Below the pieces are notes generated by a model, which had not been told where the DNA came from, did no database searches, and worked only from the letters and a program-made list of their open reading frames with translations. DNA of 64,000 nt from Bacillota bacterium (GTDB lineage: Bacteria; Bacillota; Desulfotomaculia; Desulfotomaculales; Nap2-2B), in NCBI GenBank assembly GCA_040755975.1, contig JBFLZY010000007.1, positions 3,041 through 67,040 of the forward strand, in the 5' to 3' direction. Below, in pieces: positions 44,669 to 55,901 of this stretch (the first letter of the stretch is position 1; each line of letters starts with the position of its first letter). The translations under genes and the position numbers were made by a program.

Positions 44669-45070
44669 ATGGCCACCGATTTTTCTTTTCAAATAAGCAA
44701 AGAAATATCCGGAAGGATTCGCGAGATCAGCGGGCAAAACCCGCATCTCTGCATGCAGTGCGGCACTTGCAGCGCAAGCTGCACCGGCATAGGGAAGATG
44801 GATTTTCTCCCCAGGCAGGTCATCCGCAAGATTCAGCTGGGGGACCCCGGCGTTTTGCAGTGCCGCTCCATCTGGGTCTGCACCGCCTGTCTGACCTGCA
44901 CCGCCCGCTGCCCCCGGGGCATTGACATCGCCCGCTTAATGGAGGCCCTGCGCACAATTAATCTGCGCAAAGGAAACGAAATTTTGGTGTTGGAAAAAAT
45001 CCCTCTGGATTTAATCAAAGAAATTCCGCAGATGGCCTTGACCAGCGGATTTCGCAAACTAAGCTCCTGA
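44669..45070 (+). CDS. HdrC-like 4Fe-4S dicluster protein
   Basis: Two ferredoxin-type motifs: CMQCGTCSASC and CTACLTCTARCP. Confidence 0.75.
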   Translation: MATDFSFQISKEISGRIREISGQNPHLCMQCGTCSASCTGIGKMDFLPRQVIRKIQLGDPGVLQCRSIWVCTACLTCTARCPRGIDIARLMEALRTINLRKGNEILVLEKIPLDLIKEIPQMALTSGFRKLSS

Positions 45071-45083
45071 AGGGGGGAAAAAG

Positions 45084-45953
45084 ATGCGGATACCGTATTT
45101 TCCGGGGTGCACGTTGTACGCCAGGGCCAGGGGTCTGGATAATTCAACCCGGGCCGCGCTGGCCGCGCTGGGCATCGAGCTTGCCGAACTGCCCCAGTGG
45201 ACCTGCTGCGGCACGGTTTTTCCGCTGGCGCAGGACAACTACATCGGCATGGTGGCGGCGGCCCGCATCCTGGCCAACGCCGCCAAAGCGGGGGACGGCC
45301 GGCTGGTAACAGTATGCTCCTTTTGCTACCATGTCTTGAAACGGGTCAATTACGCCGTCAAGAACAATCAGGAAGCAAAAGAGAAGTTAAATAATTATTT
45401 AGAAGCTAATTACGCAGGGGAAACCAGAATTATTCATCCTTTAGAATTAATCAGGGACGAGGTTGGGTTGGCAAGTTTGCAAAGCAAAGCTGGCGGAAAA
45501 CTCAGAGGCTTAAAAGCCGCCTGCTACTACGGCTGCATGCTGGTCAGACCGGCAGCGGAACTGGCCTTCGGCGACCCGGATGATCCCACCATCATGGAGG
45601 AAATGGTTGGTGCGCTGGGTGGTGAGCCGGTAGATTTTTCCTGGAAAACGAAATGCTGCGGTTCCTACCAGTTGCTGAACGCTTCTGATCTGGTTGTGGA
45701 AAGAGTCAGGGATATCCTTTCCGCCGCCGCGGCCAGGGGTGCGCAGGCAATTGTCACCAGCTGTCCGCTTTGCCAGTTTAATCTGGATTGGGTGCAGGAA
45801 AAATTCGCTCCGAAAACGAATGGTTTTTCGAAAATCCCGGTGTTGTATTTCACCCAACTGCTGGGGGCGGCTTTAGAGTTGCCTGCCGACAACCTTGGCC
45901 TCGATCAGCACTACGTGGACCCGCGCCCCTTGTTGTCGGGTGGCTGTTCATAA
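45084..45953 (+). CDS. HdrB-like protein with two CCG domains
   Basis: Two CXnCCGXmCxxC patterns: FPGC...WTCCG...CSFC and YYGC...KCCGS...CPLC. Confidence 0.8.
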   Translation: MRIPYFPGCTLYARARGLDNSTRAALAALGIELAELPQWTCCGTVFPLAQDNYIGMVAAARILANAAKAGDGRLVTVCSFCYHVLKRVNYAVKNNQEAKEKLNNYLEANYAGETRIIHPLELIRDEVGLASLQSKAGGKLRGLKAACYYGCMLVRPAAELAFGDPDDPTIMEEMVGALGGEPVDFSWKTKCCGSYQLLNASDLVVERVRDILSAAAARGAQAIVTSCPLCQFNLDWVQEKFAPKTNGFSKIPVLYFTQLLGAALELPADNLGLDQHYVDPRPLLSGGCS

Positions 45954-45995
45954 ATATTTATTCAGGATCCAAATTGCCCTGAAGGAGGGAAGATT

Positions 45996-46679
45996 ATGGC
46001 GGAAGAAAAGGAAATGGTCAACATATACATTATGGGCAAACATTATCAAGTTCCCTACGGCCTGACGATCATGAAAGCCACGGAATACGCCGGCTACCGT
46101 TTTATCCGCGGCTGCGGCTGCCGGGGCGGTTTTTGCGGAGCCTGCGGCACGGTTTACCGGAAGCCCGGCGATTTCCGGTTGAAGGTAGGGCTGGCCTGCC
46201 AGACAGTAGTTGAAGACGGCATGTACCTCACGCAGATCCCCTTTTACCCCGCCAATAAGGCGACCTATGACCTGGAAGAACTTACCCCCACACTGGGAAC
46301 CCTGCTGCAGCACTATCCGGAAACCACGCGTTGCCTCGGCTGCAACGCCTGCACCAGGATTTGTCCGCAGGAACTGGAGGTCATGCATTATATTGCCGCC
46401 GCCCAGCGCGGGGATATTGAGAAGCTGGCCAACATGTCCTTCGATTGCATTATGTGCGGACTGTGCGCTTCCCGGTGTCCGGCGGAAATCGTCCAGTACA
46501 ACGTGGCCATTCTGGGGCGCCGGCTTTACGGGCGGCACATTGCGCCGCGCGCCGGGCATCTGGCCAAACGCGTGGAAGAAATTAAGGCGGGGAAATTCGA
46601 TGCAGAGATTAACCGGCTGATGCAAGTGAACAAGGCCGAGCTGCAAAAATTATACGATGCCCGCGATATTGAGCCTTAA
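45996..46679 (+). CDS. Succinate dehydrogenase/fumarate reductase-type iron-sulfur subunit
   Basis: 2Fe-2S-like CGCRGGFCGACG, plus CLGCNACTRICP and CIMCGLCASRCP. Confidence 0.8.
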   Translation: MAEEKEMVNIYIMGKHYQVPYGLTIMKATEYAGYRFIRGCGCRGGFCGACGTVYRKPGDFRLKVGLACQTVVEDGMYLTQIPFYPANKATYDLEELTPTLGTLLQHYPETTRCLGCNACTRICPQELEVMHYIAAAQRGDIEKLANMSFDCIMCGLCASRCPAEIVQYNVAILGRRLYGRHIAPRAGHLAKRVEEIKAGKFDAEINRLMQVNKAELQKLYDARDIEP

Positions 46680-46700
46680 TAGATTAAGGGAGGTGGAAAA

Positions 46701-48299
46701 ATGTATACGCAAGATATGCGGGAAGCCATTAAAATAGTAGAAAAAACCAGGGATAGGCGTTTAAAGGAAACCTTTCCCCGTTTAAAACCGGAAGAAAAAG
46801 ACCAGCTTTTGCGTTCCTTTCATCCGGACTACATGCCCGGCACCATGCGGCCGGTGAAAGTCGGGCCGAATAAAGGGGATAAAATGCCCCACGAGCACGT
46901 CGATCTCCTGGAGAGCCGGAGCACGCTGGATCCGGATACCTTTTCCCTGGAAAAGATCGCTTTCGATGTAGACGTGCTGGTCATCGGCGGGGGCGGGGCC
47001 GGCACCTCGGCGGCCCTGCTGGCTCAGGAAGCAGGGGCCGACGTGCTGCTGGCCACGAAATTGCGCCACGGCGACGCCAACACCATGATGGCCGAAGGGG
47101 GAATCCAGGCGGCCGACAAGGAAAACGACTCGCCGGCCATTCATTACCTGGACGTAATGGGGGGCGGAGGCTTTCATAACATTCCGGAACTGGTCGCCGC
47201 CCTGGTCAAAGACGCCCCGATCTGCATCCAGTGGCTGGAGAGCCTGGGCTGCATGTTCAGCAAGTTCCCCGACGGGACGATGAATACCATCCACGGCGGG
47301 GGGACCTCCCGCAAGCGGATGCACTTCGCCCACGATTATTCCGGGGCGGAGATCATGCGCACGCTCCGGGACGAAGCAAGGAACAGGGGGATCAGAGTCA
47401 TCGAATTTTCCCCCGCAGTGGAATTAATTCTGGACGAGCACGGCCAGTGTGCCGGAGCAGTGCTGTATAATTTGGAAACGGAGCAACACCTGGTGGTGCG
47501 GGCCAAGACGGTGATTATCGCCACCGGGGGTTCCGGCCGCCTGCACATTGCCGGTTCGCCCACCACGAACCATTACGGAGCTACCGCGGACGGGCTGGTC
47601 ATGGCCTACCGGGCGGGGGCGAAACTGATTTTCCTGGACGCCACCCAGTTTCACCCCACGGGCGTGGCTTTTCCGGAACAGATCGTCGGTCAGCTGGTGA
47701 CCGAAAAGGTGCGCGGCCTGGGCGCCCAACTGGTCAACATCGAAGGCGAACAGTTTATTTATCCGCTGGAAACCAGGGATGCGGTTTCCTCGGCCATTAT
47801 CCGGGAATGTCGGGAACGCCAGAAGGGCATTACCACGCCCAGCGGCATGTGCGGCGTATGGCTGGACTCCCCGATGATCGAAATAATTCACGGCAAGGGG
47901 ACGATCGAAAAGGAGTTGCCGGCCATGTTCCGCCAGTACAGGCGCTTTGACATTAACATGGCGGAGCAGCCCATTCTGGTTTATCCGACCCTGCACTATC
48001 AAAACGGCGGTATTTTAATTAACGACCGCGCCGAGACGGGCATCCCCAACCTTTACGTGGCCGGCGAAGCCTCCGGTGGGGTGCACGGCCGTAACCGCCT
48101 GATGGGCAATTCCCTTCTGGATATTATCGTGTTTGGGCGGCGCGCCGGGAAAAATGCGGCCGAGAGGGCAAAAAGCGTTAAACTGGGCAGATTAACTTTA
48201 GACCACGTCAAGCGTTTCCACGAAGAACTGAACAAAGAAGGCCTCGGTCAAAAAGTGGCGCCCATTTTATTGCCCGATTACCGCGGCAAAATCAGTTAA
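46701..48299 (+). CDS. Succinate dehydrogenase/fumarate reductase-type flavoprotein subunit
   Basis: FAD fold VLVIGGGGAGTSAA; HPTG; C-terminal LYVAGEASGGVHGRNRLMGNSL. There is an ~85-aa N-terminal extension. Confidence 0.85.
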   Translation: MYTQDMREAIKIVEKTRDRRLKETFPRLKPEEKDQLLRSFHPDYMPGTMRPVKVGPNKGDKMPHEHVDLLESRSTLDPDTFSLEKIAFDVDVLVIGGGGAGTSAALLAQEAGADVLLATKLRHGDANTMMAEGGIQAADKENDSPAIHYLDVMGGGGFHNIPELVAALVKDAPICIQWLESLGCMFSKFPDGTMNTIHGGGTSRKRMHFAHDYSGAEIMRTLRDEARNRGIRVIEFSPAVELILDEHGQCAGAVLYNLETEQHLVVRAKTVIIATGGSGRLHIAGSPTTNHYGATADGLVMAYRAGAKLIFLDATQFHPTGVAFPEQIVGQLVTEKVRGLGAQLVNIEGEQFIYPLETRDAVSSAIIRECRERQKGITTPSGMCGVWLDSPMIEIIHGKGTIEKELPAMFRQYRRFDINMAEQPILVYPTLHYQNGGILINDRAETGIPNLYVAGEASGGVHGRNRLMGNSLLDIIVFGRRAGKNAAERAKSVKLGRLTLDHVKRFHEELNKEGLGQKVAPILLPDYRGKIS

Positions 48300-48361
48300 A
48301 ACGGGGACAAAGGCATGCAAAAAAGAAACCAGGAATCAAAGCAAGGGTGGTGAAGGTTCAA

Positions 48362-49528
48362 ATGAAGCTGTTTGAATATATGGGCAAGGAACTATTTGCG
48401 CAGTACGGGATTAAAGTGCCCCGGGGAAAGATGGTGACCACGCCCGCAGAGGCGGCGCAGGCGGCCGCTGAAATCGGCGCCCCGGTAGTCATTAAAGCCC
48501 AGATTTTAGCCGGCAAGCGCGGCAAAGGCGGGGGGATCAGGTTTGCCTCCCGCGCGGAGGAAGCGGCCGATTTGACTGCTTCCGTTCTGGGAATGGTCGT
48601 CCAGGGGCACAAGGTGGAAATGGTGCTGGTCGAGGAACAGTTGCAGATAGATCAAGAATTGTACGCCGCCATTACCATTGACGGCTCCGCGAAAAAACCC
48701 GTTTTGATTGCCTCCGCTCAGGGCGGAATGGACATCGAAGAGGTTCCTGAAGATTTAATCGTGAAGATCGCCATTGATCCTTATCTGGGTGTCCAGCCCT
48801 ACCTCGCCCGGGAAATTACCCGGCGGCTGGGCATGAGCGGCCCCCTGGCTAAAGAAATGCAGCGTCTTTTACCACTTTTATATAGAATCTTTAGAGAGAA
48901 GGACGCCGAACTGGTCGAAATCAACCCGCTGGTGGTAAGCATTGGGCAGCTCATCGCCGCCGACGCGAAAGTAACCATCGACGACGAGGCGCTTTACCGG
49001 CAAAAGGATCTACCGCGCGCGGAAGAGCGCACGCCGGTCGAGAAAATGGCCCACGAAATCGGACTTTCTTATGTGCAACTGGAAGGCGATATTGCGGTGA
49101 TGGCCAACGGAGCAGGGATCACCATGGGAACTTTAGATATAATTCAACATTACGGAGGCGCCCCGGCCAATTTTTTAGACGCCGGGGGAGGCACCGGCAT
49201 GGAAGCGACCGCCAAGGCGCTGGAGATCCTTTTGGCAACCAACCCGAAAGTTATTTTGATCAACATATTTGGCGGCATTACCCGGTGCGACGATGTGGCC
49301 AACGCCCTGGCGAAGGTGAAAAAGGAAAAGGGAATTTCCGTACCCGTGGTCATCCGGCTGGTAGGCACAAATGAGGAAGAAGGGGTGCGCATATTAAAAG
49401 AAAACGGTTTTGAGGTGCACCGGAGAATGGAAGAGGCAGCAGCCAAGGCCGTGGAGTTGGCCAGAAGGACACAGGGGCACAAAAGAGAAGGGATAATATC
49501 AGTTGCAACAACCGCCAAAAGACTATGA
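48362..49528 (+). CDS. sucC: Succinyl-CoA synthetase beta subunit
   Basis: [22 protein letters not shown] is an ATP-grasp N-terminus; ...[10 protein letters not shown].... Track start is GTG at 48347. Confidence 0.93.
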   Translation: MKLFEYMGKELFAQYGIKVPRGKMVTTPAEAAQAAAEIGAPVVIKAQILAGKRGKGGGIRFASRAEEAADLTASVLGMVVQGHKVEMVLVEEQLQIDQELYAAITIDGSAKKPVLIASAQGGMDIEEVPEDLIVKIAIDPYLGVQPYLAREITRRLGMSGPLAKEMQRLLPLLYRIFREKDAELVEINPLVVSIGQLIAADAKVTIDDEALYRQKDLPRAEERTPVEKMAHEIGLSYVQLEGDIAVMANGAGITMGTLDIIQHYGGAPANFLDAGGGTGMEATAKALEILLATNPKVILINIFGGITRCDDVANALAKVKKEKGISVPVVIRLVGTNEEEGVRILKENGFEVHRRMEEAAAKAVELARRTQGHKREGIISVATTAKRL

Positions 49529-49544
49529 CAGGGAGTTGTTTACC

Positions 49545-50411
49545 ATGGCCATAATTATTGATGAAAATACCCACGTTCTGGTGCAGGGCATCACCGGGAA
49601 CCAGGGTCTTTTTCACACCAGGCAGATGCTCGCCTACGGGACCAAAATCGTTGCCGGCGTGTCTCCGGGCAAGGGCGGTCAAGAGGCGGCAGGCGTGCCC
49701 GTTTACGACAGCGTGAACGCGGCCTTAGAAGAGCACCGCGTGGACGCTTCGGTGCTTTTTATCCCCGCTGCTTTTGCCAAAGACGCCGCCTTTGAGGCCA
49801 TTGACGCCGGCATCAAGGTGCTGGTGATCATTACCGAACACATACCCGTGCACGATGAACTGGAAATCATCGCCCTGGCCCGCCAGCGCGGCACCGTCGT
49901 GATCGGACCGAACACTTTCGGAATTGTTTCGGCAGGCAGGTGCAAAATCGGCATCCCCCCAAATCAATTTTTTGTTCCCGGACACGTGGGCGTGGTCGCC
50001 CGCAGCGGCACTTTAACCTACGAAATAGTGGCCAACCTGACGGCAAACGGCCTTGGCCAGTCCACGGTGGTAGGCCTGGGCGGGGACAGGGTGGTCGGGC
50101 TCTCTTTTGTCGATGTGCTGGAAAAATTCGAAAAGGATCCGGAAACCAGAGCGGTAGTGCTGGTCGGCGAGATTGGCGGAAACGCCGAAGAAGACGCCGC
50201 GCGCTTCATCCGCGAAATGAAAAAGCCGGTGGTCGCCTATATTGCCGGTAAGAGCGCGCCCCCCGGCAAACGCATGGGCCACGCGGGCGCCATAATTGAA
50301 AGGGGCAAAGGCACCTTCGAAGCCAAGGTGCAGGCCCTGACCGAGGCCGGCGCCGCAGTAGCCGCGCTGCCTTTTGAAGTGCCGGGCTTAATTAAAAAAG
50401 CTCTTCCGTAA
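49545..50411 (+). CDS. sucD: Succinyl-CoA synthetase alpha subunit
   Basis: [11 protein letters not shown]; catalytic His region RMGHAGAII. Track start is 49503; ATG at 49545 follows GGGAG. Confidence 0.93.
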   Translation: MAIIIDENTHVLVQGITGNQGLFHTRQMLAYGTKIVAGVSPGKGGQEAAGVPVYDSVNAALEEHRVDASVLFIPAAFAKDAAFEAIDAGIKVLVIITEHIPVHDELEIIALARQRGTVVIGPNTFGIVSAGRCKIGIPPNQFFVPGHVGVVARSGTLTYEIVANLTANGLGQSTVVGLGGDRVVGLSFVDVLEKFEKDPETRAVVLVGEIGGNAEEDAARFIREMKKPVVAYIAGKSAPPGKRMGHAGAIIERGKGTFEAKVQALTEAGAAVAALPFEVPGLIKKALP

Positions 50412-50420
50412 AAAAGTTTA

Positions 50421-50612
50421 TGCGAACGCCAGGAGGGAAGATAATTTTCTTATTTGCGAGTGGAGCATGGCACCAATAAGGATGAGTGCCGGGTCAGAAG
50501 CGAGCCGTAGTGCGCCTCTTAAGCGCAAGCCGGGTGAGCGGGTGACCCGGCACTCTCTGATTGCCTTTTCCCTTCTCATCACGGATAATCAAGAAAAAGA
50601 ATTATCTTTTCA
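50421..50612 (+). ncRNA. Structured intergenic element, copy R4 (related to R2)
   Basis: TGCGAACGCCAGG at the 5' end. Closing helix AAGATAATT (50438-46) with AATTATCTT (50600-08). Perfect 12-bp hairpin GAGTGCCGGGTC (50484-95) with GACCCGGCACTC (50544-55). The hairpin encloses AGCGAGCCG and CCGGGTGAGCG motifs shared with R2. Confidence 0.45.
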
Positions 50613-50633
50613 TGAAGAGAGGAGGTATCCGGG

Positions 50634-52304
50634 ATGTTTGATCAAGGAAAGCTGGCTGAACTCCAAAAGCAAACTAAAGAGTACGAAGAAAAACTGGCCG
50701 CCCATACGAAAAAGCGTCCGGAAAGGCAGGATCGGTTTGTTACCGATGCGGGTATCGAGATTAAAACTCTTTATACGCCCGCAGATTTGAGCGATTTTGA
50801 TTACAAGCGCGACCTGGGCTTTCCGGGGGATTACCCCTTTATCCGGGGCGTTCAAAACAATATGTACCGCGGCCGGTTGTGGACCATGCGCCAGTACGCC
50901 GGCTTCGGCAGCGCGGAGGAAACCAATGAGCGTTTCCGCTATCTGCTGGAGCAGGGGCAAACGGGCTTGAGCGTAGCGTTTGATCTACCCACGCAAATTG
51001 GTTACAATTCCGACCATCCGCTGGCTAAAGGAGAAGTGGGCAAAGTTGGGGTGGCCATTGATTCTTTGCTGGATATGGAAACTTTATTTGCGGGCATTCC
51101 TCTCGATAAAGTGAGCACCTCCATGACCATCAACGCCCCGGCAGCTATATTGCTGGCGATGTACATTGTCCTGGCCGAAAAACAAGGGGTGCCGCAGGAA
51201 AAGTTAAACGGCACCATCCAGAACGATATTCTTAAAGAATACGTGGCCAGGGGCACTTATATCTTTCCGCCCGGCCCCTCCATGCGGTTAATCACGGATA
51301 TTTTTGCTTACTGCTCCAAAAACGTGCCCAACTGGAACACGATCAGCATCAGCGGCTACCACATCCGGGAAGCCGGCTCCACCGCCGTGCAGGAGGTGGC
51401 TTTTACGCTGGCCGACGGGATCGCCTACGTCCAGGCGGCCATCAACGCCGGGCTCGACGTGGACGAATTCGCCCCCCGGCTGTCTTTTTTCTTTAACGCC
51501 CACCTGAACTTTTTTGAAGAAATCGCCAAGTTCCGTGCCGCGCGCCGCCTGTGGGCAAAAATCATGAAGGAGCGGTTCGGTGCCAAAAATCCCCGTTCGC
51601 AGATGCTCCGTTTCCACACCCAGACGGCCGGGTGCACGTTGACGGCCCAGCAGCCCCAGGTGAATATCATGCGGGTGGCCTTCCAGGCTTTAAGCGCGGT
51701 TTTAGGCGGTACACAATCATTGCACACCAATTCCTGGGACGAAGCGCTGGCCTTGCCCAGTGAGCAATCCGTTTTGCTCGCCCTGCGCACCCAGCAGGTC
51801 ATCGGGTACGAGATAGGGGCGGCCGATACCGTCGATCCCTTGGGCGGCTCTTATTTTATCGAAAAACTGACCGGCGAAATTGAACAAAGGGCAACGGCCT
51901 ACATAGAAAAAATTGACGAGCTGGGCGGAGCCCCCGAAGCAATCGAGTACATGCAAAAAGAGATCCAGAACAGCGCCTACACTTACCAGAAGGAAATCGA
52001 AAGCGGAAAGAAAGTGGTCATCGGGGTTAACAAATTCCAGATGCCCGAGCAGCGCCCCGCAGGCCTGTTGAAGGTCGACCCCGCCGTGGCCGAGCGGCAA
52101 ATCGTCAAACTGAACAGGCTCAAGAGCGAAAGGGACAACACCCGGGTGGAAAAAATTCTGGCGGAGCTGCGGCGGGCCGCTGCTGCAGATGAAAATTTAA
52201 TGCCCCTTTTCATCGCGGCCGTCAGGGAATACGTCACCCTGGGGGAAATTTGCGACGTGCTGCGGGAAGTTTTTGGCGAATACAAACAAAACATCGTTTT
52301 TTAA
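50634..52304 (+). CDS. Methylmalonyl-CoA mutase, large (catalytic TIM-barrel) subunit
   Basis: 556 aa. [11 protein letters not shown]...[41 protein letters not shown] is a canonical mutase pattern. Confidence 0.95.
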   Translation: MFDQGKLAELQKQTKEYEEKLAAHTKKRPERQDRFVTDAGIEIKTLYTPADLSDFDYKRDLGFPGDYPFIRGVQNNMYRGRLWTMRQYAGFGSAEETNERFRYLLEQGQTGLSVAFDLPTQIGYNSDHPLAKGEVGKVGVAIDSLLDMETLFAGIPLDKVSTSMTINAPAAILLAMYIVLAEKQGVPQEKLNGTIQNDILKEYVARGTYIFPPGPSMRLITDIFAYCSKNVPNWNTISISGYHIREAGSTAVQEVAFTLADGIAYVQAAINAGLDVDEFAPRLSFFFNAHLNFFEEIAKFRAARRLWAKIMKERFGAKNPRSQMLRFHTQTAGCTLTAQQPQVNIMRVAFQALSAVLGGTQSLHTNSWDEALALPSEQSVLLALRTQQVIGYEIGAADTVDPLGGSYFIEKLTGEIEQRATAYIEKIDELGGAPEAIEYMQKEIQNSAYTYQKEIESGKKVVIGVNKFQMPEQRPAGLLKVDPAVAERQIVKLNRLKSERDNTRVEKILAELRRAAAADENLMPLFIAAVREYVTLGEICDVLREVFGEYKQNIVF

Positions 52305-52319
52305 AGCGGGAGGTGGCAA

Positions 52320-52736
52320 GTGATGAGTGGACAAAGCGAACGCCCGATCCGGGTGCTGGTGGCCAAACCCGGCCTCGACGGCCACGACCGGGGAGCCAAG
52401 GTAATCGCTCAGGCCCTGCGCGATGCGGGGATGGAAGTAATTTATACCGGGCTGCGGCAGACCCCCGAACAGATCGTGCAGGCCGCCCTGCAGGAAGACG
52501 TGCGGGTGGTCGCTTTAAGCAGCCTTTCGGGCGCCCATTTGCACCTTTTCCCGGCGGTGGTGGAAGGGCTGCGCCGGGAGGGGGCGACCGATATTTTGGT
52601 TCTGGGGGGAGGCATCATCCCCGACGAAGACATCCCGGTTTTAAAAGAGGCCGGCATTGCCGAAATTTTCGGCCCGGGGACGCTTACCGCGACGGTGATA
52701 GATTTTATCAAAGAAAAGGTGGCGCAAAGGAAATAG
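52320..52736 (+). CDS. Methylmalonyl-CoA mutase, B12-binding small subunit
   Basis: DxHxxG cobalamin-binding motif in [13 protein letters not shown]. The probable start is ATG at 52323. Confidence 0.95.
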   Translation: MMSGQSERPIRVLVAKPGLDGHDRGAKVIAQALRDAGMEVIYTGLRQTPEQIVQAALQEDVRVVALSSLSGAHLHLFPAVVEGLRREGATDILVLGGGIIPDEDIPVLKEAGIAEIFGPGTLTATVIDFIKEKVAQRK

Positions 52737-52778
52737 GTTCGTTCATGCAGAATACCAAGTGAAAGCAGGTGAAATTTC

Positions 52779-53180
52779 ATGGTTAAAAAGATCGATCACA
52801 TCGGTATTGCCGTAAAAGACCTGGCGGCGGCAATCAAATTTTACGAAGAGATGCTCGGCTTGAAAGCAACCGGCACGGAAGTGGTGGAAGAGCAAAAGGT
52901 GCGGGTGGCCTTTTTGCCGACGGGGGACAGCGAGGTAGAGTTGCTGGAGTCCACTTCCCCGGACGGTCCGATTGCCAGATTCATTGAAAAAAACGGCGAG
53001 GGTATTCAGCACATTGCCTTTAGAGTAGACAACCTGGAAGAAAAGCTTGCGGAACTGAAGGGCAAGGGCGTCCGTTTGATTGATGAAAAGCCGCGCTACG
53101 GAGCAGGGGGAGCTAAAATTGCTTTTCTGCATCCCAAAGCCACCTACGGAACCTTGCTTGAACTTTGCGAACGGAAGTAA
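52779..53180 (+). CDS. mce: Methylmalonyl-CoA epimerase (VOC/glyoxalase family)
   Basis: [23 protein letters not shown]...[12 protein letters not shown]...IAFLHPK. Confidence 0.9.
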   Translation: MVKKIDHIGIAVKDLAAAIKFYEEMLGLKATGTEVVEEQKVRVAFLPTGDSEVELLESTSPDGPIARFIEKNGEGIQHIAFRVDNLEEKLAELKGKGVRLIDEKPRYGAGGAKIAFLHPKATYGTLLELCERK

Positions 53181-53270
53181 ATTTTAAAGGCAAAAGATAC
53201 AAAAGCGCAGGGACTGAAAATTATAGGTTTGCCGTGGAACATTGGAGCGACGGCAAACGAACGGCAAGCA
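53167..53270 (+). ncRNA. Degenerate structured element, copy R3
   Basis: It contains TGCGAACGGAAG...AAAAGCGCAG... and the hairpin GTTTGCCGT (53227-35) with ACGGCAAAC (53250-58). CATTGGAGCGACGGCAAACGAACGGCAAGC is nearly identical to the R1 3' end (34409-34438). Confidence 0.35.
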
Positions 53271-53295
53271 AAAACGTTGTGTTGAGGAGGTTGTT

Positions 53296-54831
53296 TTGTC
53301 CGTGGAGGATAAGCTGGCGCAACTCGCCCAATACCGGGATAAAATACTGGCCGGGGGCGGCCCGAAAAGGATCGAGAAACAGCACGAGGCCGGGAAAAAA
53401 ACGGCCAGGGAACGCATTGCGTTACTCTTTGACCCGGGCTCTTTCGTCGAAGTCAGCACTTTTGCCGGTAGCCCGGATCTCGAAAGCCTCCAGTACCCCG
53501 GCGAAGGAGTGGTCACCGGCTACGGCACCATTGACGGCCGCCCGGTTTACGTTTTTGCCCAGGACTTTACCGTGGCCGGCGGCTCTTTGGGAAAAATCCA
53601 CGCCGAAAAGATCTGTAAAGTGTTAGATCTGGCCATGAAGAACGGCGCGCCGGTAATCGGCCTGAACGACTCAGGCGGCGCCCGCATCCAGGAAGGCGTG
53701 GACGCCCTGGACGGCTACGGAAACATTTTCTTCCGGAACACCCTGGCTTCCGGGGTCATCCCGCAGATCTCGGTCATCATGGGTCCGTGCGCGGGCGGGG
53801 CGGTCTATTCTCCGGCCTTGACGGACTTCATTTTTATGGTCGATGGAATCAGCCAGATGTTTATCACCGGTCCGCAGGTGATCAAAGCCGTCACCGGCGA
53901 AGAGGTGAGCATGGAGGAATTGGGCGGGGCGTACACGCACAACCAGCGCAGCGGGGTGGCCCATTTTATCGCCAGGGACGAAGAGGAGTGCCTGGCCATG
54001 ATTAAAAAGCTCCTCTCGTACCTGCCCTCCAATTATCTCGAGAAGCCTCCTTTAGCCGCCCCCCGGGAGGCTCCCGGCGACCCGCGTGAACTGCGCAAGA
54101 TTGTGCCCCCGGAATCGTTTTTGTCCTACGACGTGAAGGACGTCATCCGGCTGGTAGTCGACGGCGGGGATTTCTTCGAAGTCCAGCCCCTTTATGCCGT
54201 TAACGCGGTGGTCGGTTTTGCCCGTTTCGCCGGGCAGGCCGTCGGGATTATCGCCAACCAGCCCAATTATTTAGCCGGTTGTCTGGATATCAACGCTTCC
54301 GATAAAATTGCCCGTTTCGTCCGCTCCTGTGATTGTTTTAATATTCCCCTGGTCACTTTTACCGACGTGCCCGGTTATCTCCCGGGAACGGAACAAGAAT
54401 ACGGGGGGATTATCCGCCACGGCGCCAAAATCCTCTACGCCTACTCCGAGGCGACTGTTCCCAAGGTGACCATTATTCTCCGGAAGGCTTACGGAGGCGC
54501 CTATATAGCCATGTGCGGCAGTTCCCTGCGGGCGGACGTTTCCTACGCCTGGCCCACCGCGGAAGTCGCCGTGATGGGGCCCGAAGGGGCGGTTAACATA
54601 ATCTACCGGAACGAAATTGCCAAAGCGGAAAACCCCGAGGAAACCCGGCAAAAGCTGATTGCGGAATACCGGGCCAAGTTTGCCAACCCTTACATTTCCT
54701 GTGCCCGGGGCTACGTGGACGACGTCATTGATCCCGCGGACACCAGGAAAAAGATAATTGAAGCCTTAAAAGCGCTGGCCGGGAAAAGGGAAACCAGGCC
54801 GGCCAAGAAGCACGGCAACTTTCCAGTATAG
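53296..54831 (+). CDS. Methylmalonyl-CoA carboxyltransferase 12S subunit (propionyl-CoA carboxylase beta family)
   Basis: Carboxyl-transferase patterns GKKTARERIALLFDPGSF, GGARIQEG, PKVTIILRKAYGGAYIAM. Track start is 53242; TTG at 53296 lies 5 nt after GAGGAGG. Confidence 0.9.
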   Translation: MSVEDKLAQLAQYRDKILAGGGPKRIEKQHEAGKKTARERIALLFDPGSFVEVSTFAGSPDLESLQYPGEGVVTGYGTIDGRPVYVFAQDFTVAGGSLGKIHAEKICKVLDLAMKNGAPVIGLNDSGGARIQEGVDALDGYGNIFFRNTLASGVIPQISVIMGPCAGGAVYSPALTDFIFMVDGISQMFITGPQVIKAVTGEEVSMEELGGAYTHNQRSGVAHFIARDEEECLAMIKKLLSYLPSNYLEKPPLAAPREAPGDPRELRKIVPPESFLSYDVKDVIRLVVDGGDFFEVQPLYAVNAVVGFARFAGQAVGIIANQPNYLAGCLDINASDKIARFVRSCDCFNIPLVTFTDVPGYLPGTEQEYGGIIRHGAKILYAYSEATVPKVTIILRKAYGGAYIAMCGSSLRADVSYAWPTAEVAVMGPEGAVNIIYRNEIAKAENPEETRQKLIAEYRAKFANPYISCARGYVDDVIDPADTRKKIIEALKALAGKRETRPAKKHGNFPV

Positions 54832-55863
<1,032 letters not shown>

Positions 55864-55901
55864 GAAGCCTGAATAAACAAGTTTTTAGGGAGGGGATAGA
55901 T

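Noticed and set aside
44512-44925. A 137-aa ORF spanning the R2 3' end and the HdrC-like gene in another frame; similarly 50467..50790 over R4
   Set aside because: They are Arg/Ser-rich, out of frame with clearly conserved neighbouring genes, and start inside the structured elements.
45948-46646. A 232-aa minus-strand ORF opposite the Sdh FeS subunit gene (and similar antisense ORFs across 46.7-48.0 kb)
   Set aside because: The plus-strand genes carry unmistakable Fe-S and FAD motifs. The antisense ORFs are typical of GC-rich coding DNA.
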